A DNA stretch of 51,200 nucleotides from a virus. Taxonomy: Duplodnaviria; Caudoviricetes. Of the stretch, positions 8,966 to 19,154 are shown piece by piece; positions within the stretch are counted from its first letter, which is position 1; each line of letters begins with the position of its first letter. Under the pieces are notes generated by a model, which searched no databases, had not been told where the DNA came from, and saw only the letters and a list, made by a program, of their open reading frames with translations. The DNA lies in the IMG/VR virus record IMGVR_UViG_3300022187_000041, positions 1 to 51,200 of that record; one strand, 5' to 3'. The translations under genes were made by a program, and so were the position numbers.

Positions 8966-10558
8966 ATGTCTAGCTTTGACCAAGTAATAAAAAACATACT
9001 GTCTGATCTCTTTGGCTCTAATGAGCAAGAGGATGTAGTAAGACCTCAAGCCAGACCATCTGGTTTAGGTGCTCCCACTACTAGCCCACGCCCTCGACTT
9101 AGACCAGAACAGGATGACGATGATGAAGTAGCTATCCCGTCAGGAAGTGAGGCTACATCTAAGTTTATTGCTGCAATGGCTGACTATGATGATACACCTG
9201 AGCAAGGCGTAGACATACCTCTTTCTACTTTACAGACAGATGCTAGAAACCTGAACGGTAAGTACAAGACTACAGCTATGCAGTTAGCTAAACTTAACAA
9301 AGGTGCGCCTTTAACGGATGGCGGTAGAGCTAACGTAAGGGTTGCAGGTATAGAAGAAGACAATACATTAGACGATCTTTTGTTTGATGTAAGGGTTGCA
9401 ATGAATAGACGCCCTCTAGAAGAAATACCTTTATCTGAACAGCCTATAACAGGCCAAGGTTTTGATATGTCAGTTAAAGACATACAGATACACCTTAACT
9501 CTCGTGGGTATGATGTAGGTGGTATAGATGGTAAGATGGGTTCAAAGACACGGGCTGCTATCAAGTCTTTTCAAAAAGATGAGGGTCTGTCTGTAGACGG
9601 TATTGCAGGTAAGAACACACAAAGAGCACTACAAACTGAGAAACCTCTAGAACCAATAATTACAACTGTGTTAGATGATATAGACCCTTCAGCGGCTGCG
9701 CCTGATGATTCTCGTTTTATAGCTAATCCTTTAGATGAGTTTATGCCTAACTTAAACATAGGAAGCATTCGTGACATTAAGTTAGATACTACTGCCATAC
9801 AAACAAAGCTTTCAGATCTAGGTTATGATGTAGGGGAGATAGACGGTAAGATGGGTAAACGTACCCGTAAAGCTATCAGAGAGTTCCAAAAAGATAAAGG
9901 ACTAATGGCTGACGGTGTTGTTGGGCCTGACACTACAGAGGCTATAATACGTGAACAACGTACCTCTAACATAGACGAAGAGACAGGTATGCCAGAAGTA
10001 AAAGACGGTAGCATACTTTCAGGGCTAGGTAATCTTCTAGGTAATTTAGGTTTAGGTACTAGCGAGTTTAGGTTCTTTGCGGGTAATCTGACTAACCCTG
10101 GTGGTAAAAGAACAGAAAAGTCTTTAAATAAATCTGACATGAAGGCGTTACGTTCTGCAGTAAACGCAGCCATACAAGACGGTAGGTCTTATACTACGTA
10201 TGAAGACTTTGGTTTTGATGAAATGGAAGTAAATAAGTACAGCCCTTTAAGTGGTGTTATTGATCCTGACTTACGCATGGCTAGAAGTATAGGTGTATTT
10301 AATTTTGACGTAAACGACAAAGGAAATGTTGTTATTGAAGATACGTTTGACTTTAATCCAGGCCCTAAAAGAATAGCTTATTACGAAGCAGTTAAAAAGG
10401 GTAATAAAAAAGAAGCTTTGGCTATGCTTGCTGATGTATCACCTGTACAGGCAGCGTCTATGGTAGGCTACGCTAAACAAGAAAGCCTTAAAGAGCAAGA
10501 CAAACCCTACGAAACACAGATAAATATCAACTTAGGCAAACCTGATACGTGGTCCTGA
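8966..10558 (+). CDS. Virion protein with two peptidoglycan-binding (PG_binding_1) domains
   Basis: IQ..L...GYDVG.IDGKMG..TR.AI..FQKD.GL..DG..G..T motif twice. Confidence 0.85.
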   Translation: MSSFDQVIKNILSDLFGSNEQEDVVRPQARPSGLGAPTTSPRPRLRPEQDDDDEVAIPSGSEATSKFIAAMADYDDTPEQGVDIPLSTLQTDARNLNGKYKTTAMQLAKLNKGAPLTDGGRANVRVAGIEEDNTLDDLLFDVRVAMNRRPLEEIPLSEQPITGQGFDMSVKDIQIHLNSRGYDVGGIDGKMGSKTRAAIKSFQKDEGLSVDGIAGKNTQRALQTEKPLEPIITTVLDDIDPSAAAPDDSRFIANPLDEFMPNLNIGSIRDIKLDTTAIQTKLSDLGYDVGEIDGKMGKRTRKAIREFQKDKGLMADGVVGPDTTEAIIREQRTSNIDEETGMPEVKDGSILSGLGNLLGNLGLGTSEFRFFAGNLTNPGGKRTEKSLNKSDMKALRSAVNAAIQDGRSYTTYEDFGFDEMEVNKYSPLSGVIDPDLRMARSIGVFNFDVNDKGNVVIEDTFDFNPGPKRIAYYEAVKKGNKKEALAMLADVSPVQAASMVGYAKQESLKEQDKPYETQININLGKPDTWS

Positions 10559-10559
10559 T

Positions 10560-11003
10560 ATGTTTGGCTTACCTTTAGAACTCATAACGATGCTCTTCTC
10601 CACTATCCTTGGTGGCGTCATGTCTATCTGGGGGCAGAACATGAAGAACAAGCAGGAGCAACAAAAGATGATGTTGCAGACTGCGCAGTTCAGAGCAGAC
10701 CAAGTTAACGAAGCTAGGAACGCAGGGAAGAACGATAAACACTTTGCTTGGACTAGGCGTATTATAGCTTTATCTGCAGTGTTCAGCATTATTGTCTTGC
10801 CAAAGCTAGTAGCAGTATGGTATCCTGAGGTTGGTGTAATCGTAGGGTACACAGAAGCAACGGGGGGTTTCTGGAACTGGTTGTTTGGCCCTGCAGAATC
10901 CGTACAGTGGCGTACAGCACAGGGTTTTGTAATCACACCTTTAGACACACATATAGTATCAGCAATCGTAGGTCTGTACTTTGGTGCAGGATTTACTAAG
11001 TAG
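10560..11003 (+). CDS. Putative holin (3-TM, GTA-holin-like)
   Basis: Three hydrophobic segments; WTRRIIAL...IVGLYFG. Confidence 0.55.
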   Translation: MFGLPLELITMLFSTILGGVMSIWGQNMKNKQEQQKMMLQTAQFRADQVNEARNAGKNDKHFAWTRRIIALSAVFSIIVLPKLVAVWYPEVGVIVGYTEATGGFWNWLFGPAESVQWRTAQGFVITPLDTHIVSAIVGLYFGAGFTK

Positions 11004-11012
11004 GAAAATAAA

Positions 11013-11624
11013 ATGGCAGTATTAGAATATAGCAAACCTATTCCAGGTTCATCCCTTACGACACACAAGATAGGTGAGCGTCAGTGGGAAAGACCCCCAG
11101 AGATTGCCTCTGTAGACGAAGCTTTAAAGTACTACATGCAGCGGTTGACTGATGAAGAGATTATTGATGACTTCATGGTAGCCATAGAGTCAGGTATTGC
11201 TATTAACCCTCTAGTAAAAACTTTGTATATGTCAAACGTTATGCGAGGTGTACATAGTTTAGATGTAGGTATACTTGTTGCTCCTGCGTTGACTGAATAC
11301 TTTGCTGCTTTAGCTAGAAGCTATGATATAGAATACAAGATGTCTAATAAAGACTACAAGAAAGAGAAGCAAGAAAAAGAGAACGCTAAGATTACTATGC
11401 TTCTACAGGCTGCAGTTAAACAAGCAGATACACAGGATGAAGGTACAGCTATGTTACAGAACATGGCAGACTTTTTAGAGCAAGAAGTACCTGAGGAAGC
11501 TATGCCTGAAGAGGCTGTACCACAGGAAGAAGTACCAGAGGCTGAAGAGCTACAACAAGTAACAGAACCTGCTGAAGAGCCAATGCCGCCTGAGGGTGCA
11601 GGTCTTATGGCGAGAGGTGCATAA
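11013..11624 (+). CDS. Hypothetical structural-module protein
   Basis: PIPGSSLT...WERPPE motif; acidic tail; synteny. Confidence 0.7.
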   Translation: MAVLEYSKPIPGSSLTTHKIGERQWERPPEIASVDEALKYYMQRLTDEEIIDDFMVAIESGIAINPLVKTLYMSNVMRGVHSLDVGILVAPALTEYFAALARSYDIEYKMSNKDYKKEKQEKENAKITMLLQAAVKQADTQDEGTAMLQNMADFLEQEVPEEAMPEEAVPQEEVPEAEELQQVTEPAEEPMPPEGAGLMARGA

Positions 11625-11626
11625 CT

Positions 11627-13237
11627 ATGGGTTTTAACTTTAAAGCATTTGCCACGGCGTTTATGGATGACCAAGCTAAGGCTATTCAGAAGCGTGTCCA
11701 AGATGCAGAGGACTATGAAGATCAACAGCGTGAACTAGCTGAACGTAATAAATCTGTTGTAGGTAAACGTAGAGCCTTAGTCAACTTAGCTAAAACAGAA
11801 ATCAATATGCTTAGAAAGCTAGGCGCAAAAGACAAGCACATCAATGCAGCTATTGCAGCAGGGCCAAAGGCTCTGTTTGAGTTCTCACAGTCGCTACAGA
11901 AAGAAGCACAGAAGAGGCCCAGCGCTGGTGGTTCGTACACATTTAGTGATAGTGAGCTAGATGCTTTCATTGATATGCCTGATGAGTTTTCCGCACAAGC
12001 TATGGACCCTGCTGAACACTACGCTAACTCTATTGGTTTAGCTTCACCATCACTAGGTAGTTACCAAGCTAAAGATCAGGGCTTCCTAAAGTCTGCGCTG
12101 GGCATGGGTCTTAAAGATTCAGCAAGGGCTAGACTGGATAAAGATGCGTACTACGAAGGCTACTCTATGATGGACATCAATGAGGTAGCTAGACAAGAAG
12201 CCTATGAGAGTATGGACCCCGGAACTTACTTCTCTTTTAGCCCTTCCAAGGATTACAATCCTGTGACTGTAGGTCCAGCTTTTAGAGAGGCCTATGATGA
12301 TGCGGGTGAATTATCTCAGGCTGTAGAGTCTCAGCTTCGTAGACAGTTTCCTGCAGAGGCAGACTACATGCAAGAAAAAGCTAGGATTATCGCACGTCAA
12401 AGATCAGGTGTGATTGATGCGTATGCTCAGCAGTTTGGTAAACGTTTCTTAGAGGATACATCTATTAACCTACAAGGTCTAATGGGTGATGATTTGTATC
12501 AAGCTACATACATGAATTACCAAAGCCAAGATGACTTGGAAAGATACATTGTAGATGGCTTGCTTGACCTAGAAGGTATTAGCGTTGGTAGTACTGTTAA
12601 AACAAAGGACAATGAGGGCAGAATTGTAGAGATTACATTAGGTGAAGGTGATGAAGTCTCTCGTATGAAGATTAACGGTAGGGTTGTAGATGATGATGAT
12701 GTAGCTGCCCTAGTAGCTAACCTACAAAAGCAGGGACTTCTTAGTCAGTCTTCTATAGCTGTAGGGGGTCAGCCTCTACCAGAAGCGGAACCTGAGGTAG
12801 ATCCAGAAAAGGTATTCTTTTCAGGTGATGACATCCCAGACGGAACCTTTGATGGTAAACTACACTATGTAAAAGAAACAGATAAAGGTAGAGGTGTAGC
12901 TTTAGGTGTACCACCAAGACCAGCAGAGGGTTTGTTTGCTGAGTTTAGAGGCTCAGGTATGGATGGTGCAACCAGAGATAAGATACTCTCAGGTGAGATG
13001 CCTGTACCCGATAACTTAAAGCCTAGCCAATGGGATGAACTGTTTGGGAATACACATAATGCTGACGGAACACGTAAAGTAACTGTTGACACAACAGAAA
13101 CAATACGTTATACTGAGTCTAATCCATTGGATTTAAAAACAATGAGTTCAGACGAGGCAGAAGAAGCATATGAGAATCTTAAAAAAGGCGAGTATTTTAT
13201 TAATCCTGCTGACGGTAGGGTACTTCCTAAGCGTTAG
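11627..13237 (+). CDS. Putative internal virion protein
   Basis: 536 aa; MGFNFKAFATAF start; position among ejection-protein-like genes. Confidence 0.6.
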   Translation: MGFNFKAFATAFMDDQAKAIQKRVQDAEDYEDQQRELAERNKSVVGKRRALVNLAKTEINMLRKLGAKDKHINAAIAAGPKALFEFSQSLQKEAQKRPSAGGSYTFSDSELDAFIDMPDEFSAQAMDPAEHYANSIGLASPSLGSYQAKDQGFLKSALGMGLKDSARARLDKDAYYEGYSMMDINEVARQEAYESMDPGTYFSFSPSKDYNPVTVGPAFREAYDDAGELSQAVESQLRRQFPAEADYMQEKARIIARQRSGVIDAYAQQFGKRFLEDTSINLQGLMGDDLYQATYMNYQSQDDLERYIVDGLLDLEGISVGSTVKTKDNEGRIVEITLGEGDEVSRMKINGRVVDDDDVAALVANLQKQGLLSQSSIAVGGQPLPEAEPEVDPEKVFFSGDDIPDGTFDGKLHYVKETDKGRGVALGVPPRPAEGLFAEFRGSGMDGATRDKILSGEMPVPDNLKPSQWDELFGNTHNADGTRKVTVDTTETIRYTESNPLDLKTMSSDEAEEAYENLKKGEYFINPADGRVLPKR

Positions 13238-13247
13238 GGGTTTAAAC

Positions 13248-13814
13248 ATGGGAAATGCAATTGACTTCTCACAGAGGGGAAGCACAGGAAACACTATAGA
13301 TTTTTCCACAAGATCTACAGATACTTCTTTAGTAGAGAAACCACAAGCGCCTGTACACACAGGACCGTTTGAAAGTAAAGCAGCTTTTATAAGTGCAATA
13401 CAACCTTTAGCTAAACAGCTATCTCAAGAGTTAGGTATTGATGAGCGTGTTATCATTGCACAAAGTGCGGTGGAAACAGGGTGGGGTAGTAAAGTAAAAG
13501 GTAATAGCTTCTTTGGTATCAAAGCACATGGCGGTGAAGGTATTGACTTTACTACACATGAAGTTGTCAACGGTCAAAGAGTTAAGATCCAAGACACCTT
13601 TAAAGCATATAATAGTTTAGCTGATAGTGTACAAGGCTACGGTACTTTTTTACAAGAGAACCCACGCTACAAACCTTTCCTTACAGCTACTACATTAGAA
13701 GAACAGATTGCTGCATTAGGTAGGTCAGGCTACGCTACAGACCCTAACTACGCAAAGACAGTAAGAAGTATAGCTAAAGGAAAAACTCTCAGAGAGTTAG
13801 GCGGTTATGAATGA
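13248..13814 (+). CDS. Glucosaminidase / FlgJ-like peptidoglycan hydrolase (GH73)
   Basis: IIAQSAVETGWG, NSFFGIKA, GYATDPNYA motifs; start refined from track ORF 13170. Confidence 0.9.
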   Translation: MGNAIDFSQRGSTGNTIDFSTRSTDTSLVEKPQAPVHTGPFESKAAFISAIQPLAKQLSQELGIDERVIIAQSAVETGWGSKVKGNSFFGIKAHGGEGIDFTTHEVVNGQRVKIQDTFKAYNSLADSVQGYGTFLQENPRYKPFLTATTLEEQIAALGRSGYATDPNYAKTVRSIAKGKTLRELGGYE

Positions 13815-16800
13815 CAAACCAAGTAGATATATTTAAGAAGTATGGATTAGGAGAGGGTGGCTTTGCAAAAGTAGAGCCACCTATGCACAAGCATAGCTCC
13901 ACTGTGTTAGACAATGAAGAGGAAGTCTTTGATAGTCCTGTACCTGAGGGTCAGAAGTTAAAGAAGAAAGACCTGTATAGATACGAAAACCTTAACACCA
14001 TACGTGACTACATGTCAGCCAACAAAGGCGCTGACTATATGGATATAAGTGAGGAAACTCTAGTAGAAGACTTTGTTGACCACATGCGTTTCTTTAATAC
14101 TAACGCTGTGTCTACTGCAGGTGAGGTACGCTTTATAAGTAAGGCTGATGAGAACACTAAGGCTATGGCTGCACAGGCGTACAACTTGTACGACAGCTTA
14201 GGTAATGTGTTTGTCAATGACGGTATATACGGTGCGTTAGACGGTGTGAAAGACTACGTGTTTGCTGCAGCGTCAGACCCTACAAACTATGTGGGTGCGC
14301 TTACTGGTGGTTTCGGTAAGGCGGCTGCATTAGGTGTAACACAAACAGGTAAGGCTGCAATTAAGCAAGCAGCAAGTCAGGCCGCTAAACGTGCAGCACA
14401 GAGTGGTGCTACTAAGCAAGCCGCTGAGAATGCTGGTATTGAGGCTGGTACTCTAATGGCTCAGAAGATGATAGCTAAGAGTGCGTCTAGCAAAGAAGTC
14501 TCTATGGCAGCACGTAAGGCTGCAAAGAAAGCCAAGGCAGAAGTTAGACTTCGGGCTGCACAAAATGCTGCATCAGGTGTAGCTAAAGATGAACTAAAGA
14601 AGGCTGGCAAGAGGGCTGTACTACAGACTACAGCTATTGATGCACTTGTAGCAGGTATACAGGATAATGCTATCCAACATATTTACCTAGATGTAGGTGC
14701 TCAAGAAGAATACAGTGAGTTACAAACAGGTTTATCTCTTGCGCTGGGCGGTGTAGGGGGTGGCTTGCATTACGCCTTTGGTAAGTTTGGTGGTGCGTCA
14801 GGCTTAGGTGATGCTGTACAAGAAGCACAGATAGCAGGACGTGCAGAGAAGTCAACTGAGCTAGTAGACAGAGCTAAGATTGCTTCACTAGACAAAGACA
14901 TTAAAGCTGCAGAGGCTATGCCAGCAGCAACCAAGGGTCAGAAGACAGCTAGAACTAGAAAGATAAACCAACTCAAGGCAGAGAAGCGTAGACTAAAACG
15001 TGAGACTGTAGGTAAGCCTTTGCTACCTGACGTTAAGGATCAGGATAGAGCATCTAACGCTATCAAGGATGGTATCAAAAGATGGGATGAAAAAGTCAAA
15101 GCAGGTGAGGAAGTCTTAGAAGAGAATACCGCTATACCTGAAACTCTCTTACGTCAAATTATGTTAGGTGATGGTAATAAGGGTGGTGTTGTAGAAGTCT
15201 TTAGGGATAAAGGTATAAAGATTCGTAGGGACACTAAGGTGTCTGACATTATGACTAACCTGTTAAGGTTCATGCCAGAAGAAGAACTACAAGAGATCTC
15301 TGGATTGTTCAGAAGTCGTGTAGGTGTAACACTAGGTGAGGCTGCTGACTTAGGTGTGGAGATTGGCGAGATTATTGCAGCAGATGTATCCAGAGCAGGA
15401 CGTAAGCTTGCAGTTATGTCTCAGGTTAGACGCACTATAGACGGTGGTGTCGTTGCTGGTAACGAGATACTTAAAGAAACACTAAACAGTAAAGAACTAC
15501 GTGACACACTTGAGTCTGAGTTTGCCTTAGCTAGAAAAGCTAAGCGTTTTTCTTACGGTCAGAACGTATGGAAACGTATGTTGGTTTCATCTCCTGCTAC
15601 TACAGCCGCAAACGTCATGGGCTTCGGGCAGTTTTTTACTGGTCAAGTTGTAGCTGACACTATGTCATCTGGTCTTCTTATGGTTGGCGCTGCAGGGCGT
15701 TACGGTATAGGCGACAAAGTAGGTGCAGATAAACTATTCCGACAGGCTAAAGTCTATCGTCAAATACAAACTCAAAAGATGAAGAACTTTGCTGACCCTT
15801 TCACAACGCATGATGCTTACATGAAGATGATGAAAGAGATCAAAGATGAAACAGGGCAGTCAGATATTCAAGGTTTGCTGTTTGAAACAGTAGCAGGGGG
15901 AGTAGAGCGAAGCGCTAAGCGTTTTGGAATGGACCCTAACGATCCTGTGTACAAGAATGTAGAAAGACTAACAAACGCATCTATGAATATTACGGGTGTG
16001 CGTATTCAAGATACATTCACTAAGTCACAGATGTTTATGACTGAACTAGACAAGTACCTACAGTTAAAGAAAGAAGTATCACTCAAGACAATTCTCAAAG
16101 AAGGTAGACTAGAGGAGATAGACGATGACGTTATTGGTGCTGCTATTGACACGACACTACGGTCTGTCTTTTCCAAAGACTACACGACAAAAGATCAAGC
16201 CTTCGGAGAGATAGCTAAGTTTGTAGAGAAAGCTTCTAACACCCCAGGTTTGGGAACTATCATACCTTTCGGTAGATTTATGAATAACGTTGTAGCTACA
16301 GCTTATCAGTGGGGTCCAGCATCATTGCTACCTGCTGCATCACGCATAGCTAAGGATGGAGACATCCAGTCTATTGAGGCTATGTCCAGAGCTTTAGTAG
16401 GTACATCAGGATTAGGTATGGCTATGCTGTACTCAGAGAAGCAAGAGAAGCAAGGCCTAGCTTTCAATGAGATTAACACAGGCGGCGGTACTATCATAGA
16501 TGTACGTAACGTATTCCCTATGTCAGCCTTCTTAGCTATGGGTAGGGCTGCAAACCTTAAACGTAAAGGTGAGCCTGTACCTAAAGAGCTTTACCAAGAG
16601 ATAGGTAACCAGCTTGCCATTGGTCAGGTTGCACGAGATGCACAGTTTGCAAACGACATGTACAATATTATGGACATGATGTTCAACGCAGAGGGTGGCA
16701 ACAGAAGCAGAGGCTTTGAGGCTTTGTACAAGTCAACAGGTAATATCGCTGCTGGCTTCACACGTCCTCTTGATGCAGCTAACAGAATGGTTGGCTTCCT

Positions 16801-17479
16801 GACTGACACTGATACAGCCAAGGACGTTAGACAAGCTAAGGGTGGCGCAGTGTTTACGCAAAGCGCATCTAAATACTTTGACAATATCCTAGAGGTATTG
16901 ATAGGTGAAACAGATACTATCACTGGTGAAAAACTACGAGTAGCTACACGTAAGGGTGACGTATATGACGCTAATCCATTGGCTAGGATACTAGGTATCA
17001 ACATCAAGAAAGGCAGAACAGCAGCAGAGAAAGTATACTCGCTGTCTGAACTACAGACATGGACAGCAGACCAACGTGGTAAGATCCCTATGTACGACAG
17101 GATCTTTAATGAGTCAATTGCTCCTATGCTAGAGCCTAGAATGTCTAGACTTTTAAAGGATGAACGATTTACTGAGGGGAAGGGTTTACCTGCAGGTGCA
17201 AGCTTGCTGCAGTATCGTAGAGACAGGGTTAAATATGAGCTTCAACAAGCTCGTAAAGAAACACGAAACATGCTAGACTATTATGAGAATCCCGGTTTCA
17301 TGGATCGGTTACGCTTTAAGGCTTACACTAAGGGTACTAAAGAGCAACAAGCAGAAGCCCTCAAGTACATGAAGCGTAACGGTGTCTCCTCTACAGATGT
17401 AAGAGAGTTCAACTTCAGAGAGTTAAACATGTACAACTCATACATAGATCATCTCAATTACCTAAAGAAGGGTAACTAA
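13811..17479 (+). CDS. Large internal virion (ejection) protein
   Basis: 1222 aa; last gene of structural arm; Ala/Lys-rich segment. Confidence 0.65.
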   Translation: MTNQVDIFKKYGLGEGGFAKVEPPMHKHSSTVLDNEEEVFDSPVPEGQKLKKKDLYRYENLNTIRDYMSANKGADYMDISEETLVEDFVDHMRFFNTNAVSTAGEVRFISKADENTKAMAAQAYNLYDSLGNVFVNDGIYGALDGVKDYVFAAASDPTNYVGALTGGFGKAAALGVTQTGKAAIKQAASQAAKRAAQSGATKQAAENAGIEAGTLMAQKMIAKSASSKEVSMAARKAAKKAKAEVRLRAAQNAASGVAKDELKKAGKRAVLQTTAIDALVAGIQDNAIQHIYLDVGAQEEYSELQTGLSLALGGVGGGLHYAFGKFGGASGLGDAVQEAQIAGRAEKSTELVDRAKIASLDKDIKAAEAMPAATKGQKTARTRKINQLKAEKRRLKRETVGKPLLPDVKDQDRASNAIKDGIKRWDEKVKAGEEVLEENTAIPETLLRQIMLGDGNKGGVVEVFRDKGIKIRRDTKVSDIMTNLLRFMPEEELQEISGLFRSRVGVTLGEAADLGVEIGEIIAADVSRAGRKLAVMSQVRRTIDGGVVAGNEILKETLNSKELRDTLESEFALARKAKRFSYGQNVWKRMLVSSPATTAANVMGFGQFFTGQVVADTMSSGLLMVGAAGRYGIGDKVGADKLFRQAKVYRQIQTQKMKNFADPFTTHDAYMKMMKEIKDETGQSDIQGLLFETVAGGVERSAKRFGMDPNDPVYKNVERLTNASMNITGVRIQDTFTKSQMFMTELDKYLQLKKEVSLKTILKEGRLEEIDDDVIGAAIDTTLRSVFSKDYTTKDQAFGEIAKFVEKASNTPGLGTIIPFGRFMNNVVATAYQWGPASLLPAASRIAKDGDIQSIEAMSRALVGTSGLGMAMLYSEKQEKQGLAFNEINTGGGTIIDVRNVFPMSAFLAMGRAANLKRKGEPVPKELYQEIGNQLAIGQVARDAQFANDMYNIMDMMFNAEGGNRSRGFEALYKSTGNIAAGFTRPLDAANRMVGFLTDTDTAKDVRQAKGGAVFTQSASKYFDNILEVLIGETDTITGEKLRVATRKGDVYDANPLARILGINIKKGRTAAEKVYSLSELQTWTADQRGKIPMYDRIFNESIAPMLEPRMSRLLKDERFTEGKGLPAGASLLQYRRDRVKYELQQARKETRNMLDYYENPGFMDRLRFKAYTKGTKEQQAEALKYMKRNGVSSTDVREFNFRELNMYNSYIDHLNYLKKGN

Positions 17480-17480
17480 G

Positions 17481-17515
17481 AAAAGAAGAGGGGGCCACGA
17501 CAGCCCCCTTTTTTA
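17481..17515. terminator. Bidirectional intrinsic terminator between the convergent arms
   Basis: AGGGGGC-cacgaca-GCCCCCT stem with T-run on + and A-rich run upstream. Confidence 0.9.
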
Positions 17516-17725
17516 TTTAAGTTTAGTTACTTCCGCTGCATGTCTAGCTAATAAGATAGCATCTTCTATACTTTGCAGTGCTCTATCTTTTGATTTAGAT
17601 TCATACAGGCTAGTAGATATGTGACGCTGGGCAGGTATCAATAAGGTAACTAACTTATCGTAGAACTCTTCCTGCCTAGCTCGTGTGTGCTTTTTAGCTT
17701 CTTCTTCTATGTTCACATTATGCAC
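17513..17725 (-). CDS. Hypothetical protein
   Basis: ORF track; last gene of the replication arm. Confidence 0.65.
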   Translation of the reverse strand: MHNVNIEEEAKKHTRARQEEFYDKLVTLLIPAQRHISTSLYESKSKDRALQSIEDAILLARHAAEVTKLK

Positions 17726-17906
17726 TCTCTGGTATCTGGAAACAGTATGTTTTAGCTGTAGCTGATGGCCCTGGTTTTGAATCTTCTAAGCGTGTTTCCA
17801 TTTTAGAACCTACCTCACTACAAGACGCACGGTCCATGAACAAACCATTAAAGGCATGTACCTGTACCTTACCTTCAAACATCATAACTAGCAGTAAAGC
17901 ATACAT
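17718..17906 (-). CDS. Hypothetical protein (hydrophobic N-terminus, two Cys)
   Basis: ORF track; tight packing. Confidence 0.65.
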   Translation of the reverse strand: MYALLLVMMFEGKVQVHAFNGLFMDRASCSEVGSKMETRLEDSKPGPSATAKTYCFQIPESA

Positions 17907-17907
17907 A

Positions 17908-18027
17908 CTAGAACCAACTCTTCACTTGATCAATCAAAGCTGGTCCGTGCTCCGCTGCTAAGTTAACTACTTCTCCGATAGCTACCATACCGATAGTTGC
18001 TACTGCCATAAATTCAATACCTGTCAT
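17908..18027 (-). CDS. Small hydrophobic peptide (39 aa), not in ORF track
   Basis: RBS AAGGAG; MTGIEFMAVATIGMVAIGEVVNLAAEHGPALIDQVKSWF; fills the gap exactly. Confidence 0.7.
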   Translation of the reverse strand: MTGIEFMAVATIGMVAIGEVVNLAAEHGPALIDQVKSWF

Positions 18028-18045
18028 TTTACTTCTCCTTTGGGT

Positions 18046-19119
18046 TTAAGTTAGATCTACTACTTCACATACATCACCAGTACAAGCCATAGTCTGCATT
18101 GCAACAGTGTTGTCTTCTTGTTCATAGTCAGAGAGCTTACTCCAATTAATCTTCTCTGGCATAGAACTTAATAATACTTCATACTCTTCCTTTGTGCAAT
18201 CCTGATATGGAGCTTGCTGATAAGTATGATCTGAGTGTGGCAAGAAAGACACACCTGACATCTCGTCAAAGTGCTCATACACAAACGCACCTACATGCAT
18301 CCACTCATAGTCACGCACTGATATAGTCACGCTAGGTTTGTGCTCACACCAATGACGCTGATAGGTAAGCCAAAGATCTAGTTGCTCTAGGGCTGTCATA
18401 TCATTACGTGTTACCGCACCTGCAGGTGACTTCTGTGGGAAGCTGAACACAGTAGTTGTATCACCCTTCATAACGCATGGCTCATTAGGAATACCTTGAT
18501 CCTTCATAAGCTGTGTTAGTGGATCTTTGTTATCACCACGGACAGTACGGATATAATAGGGACTATGGCGAGCATGTATCCCAGAGGCTGAATCCACCAA
18601 TTGTGATACCGTACCCGAAGGTTTGACGCATGTAATCGCAGCAGCCACAGGTATACCAAGACGGTCAGCCCATTCAGCATTAGTAGCCACAGCAAGGGAA
18701 CGTAGGTGCTCAAGTGTTTTCTCCAATCCTCTATTCTCATGTGTCATTAAGGGGTTGTCCATTATTCCTGTAAGCGACACACCCAACAGACGCTCTTCTT
18801 CGGTGTTCTTGCTCCACACCTTACGCAAGTATGGAAACTTTGTGTAGGCCGACTGGATTGTTCCAAGGATTGTTGCGATGCGTACCTTGCCTTCCAAGTT
18901 TTCAATAGTATCTGTGGCACGTACAACAACTTCCGTAAGATTACAGAACTGGTACGGACGCAAGATAATCTCGCTGCACGGGTTAGTCCCAAACTCATGG
19001 TGAGGGTCACGTCTACCATTCTTTGCAGCCTGTACTTTACTTGCCTGACGATTGAATACACCACGTTCTCCTGACTTGCTTTCTACTAGGGCTTGCCACT
19101 CACGCATGAACGTTTCCAT
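18046..19119 (-). CDS. nrdJ: Class II (B12-dependent) ribonucleotide reductase, C-terminal fragment
   Basis: TNPCSEI, FCNLTEV, TCVKPSGTVS, EHKPSVT, C-terminal ACTGDVCE; frame opens at 19191 (GQWWETAAHRALANNS). Confidence 0.9.
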   Translation of the reverse strand: METFMREWQALVESKSGERGVFNRQASKVQAAKNGRRDPHHEFGTNPCSEIILRPYQFCNLTEVVVRATDTIENLEGKVRIATILGTIQSAYTKFPYLRKVWSKNTEEERLLGVSLTGIMDNPLMTHENRGLEKTLEHLRSLAVATNAEWADRLGIPVAAAITCVKPSGTVSQLVDSASGIHARHSPYYIRTVRGDNKDPLTQLMKDQGIPNEPCVMKGDTTTVFSFPQKSPAGAVTRNDMTALEQLDLWLTYQRHWCEHKPSVTISVRDYEWMHVGAFVYEHFDEMSGVSFLPHSDHTYQQAPYQDCTKEEYEVLLSSMPEKINWSKLSDYEQEDNTVAMQTMACTGDVCEVVDLT

Positions 19120-19154
19120 GTCAGGCTTCTCAGTGTAGCTTACAGAGTTATTCG

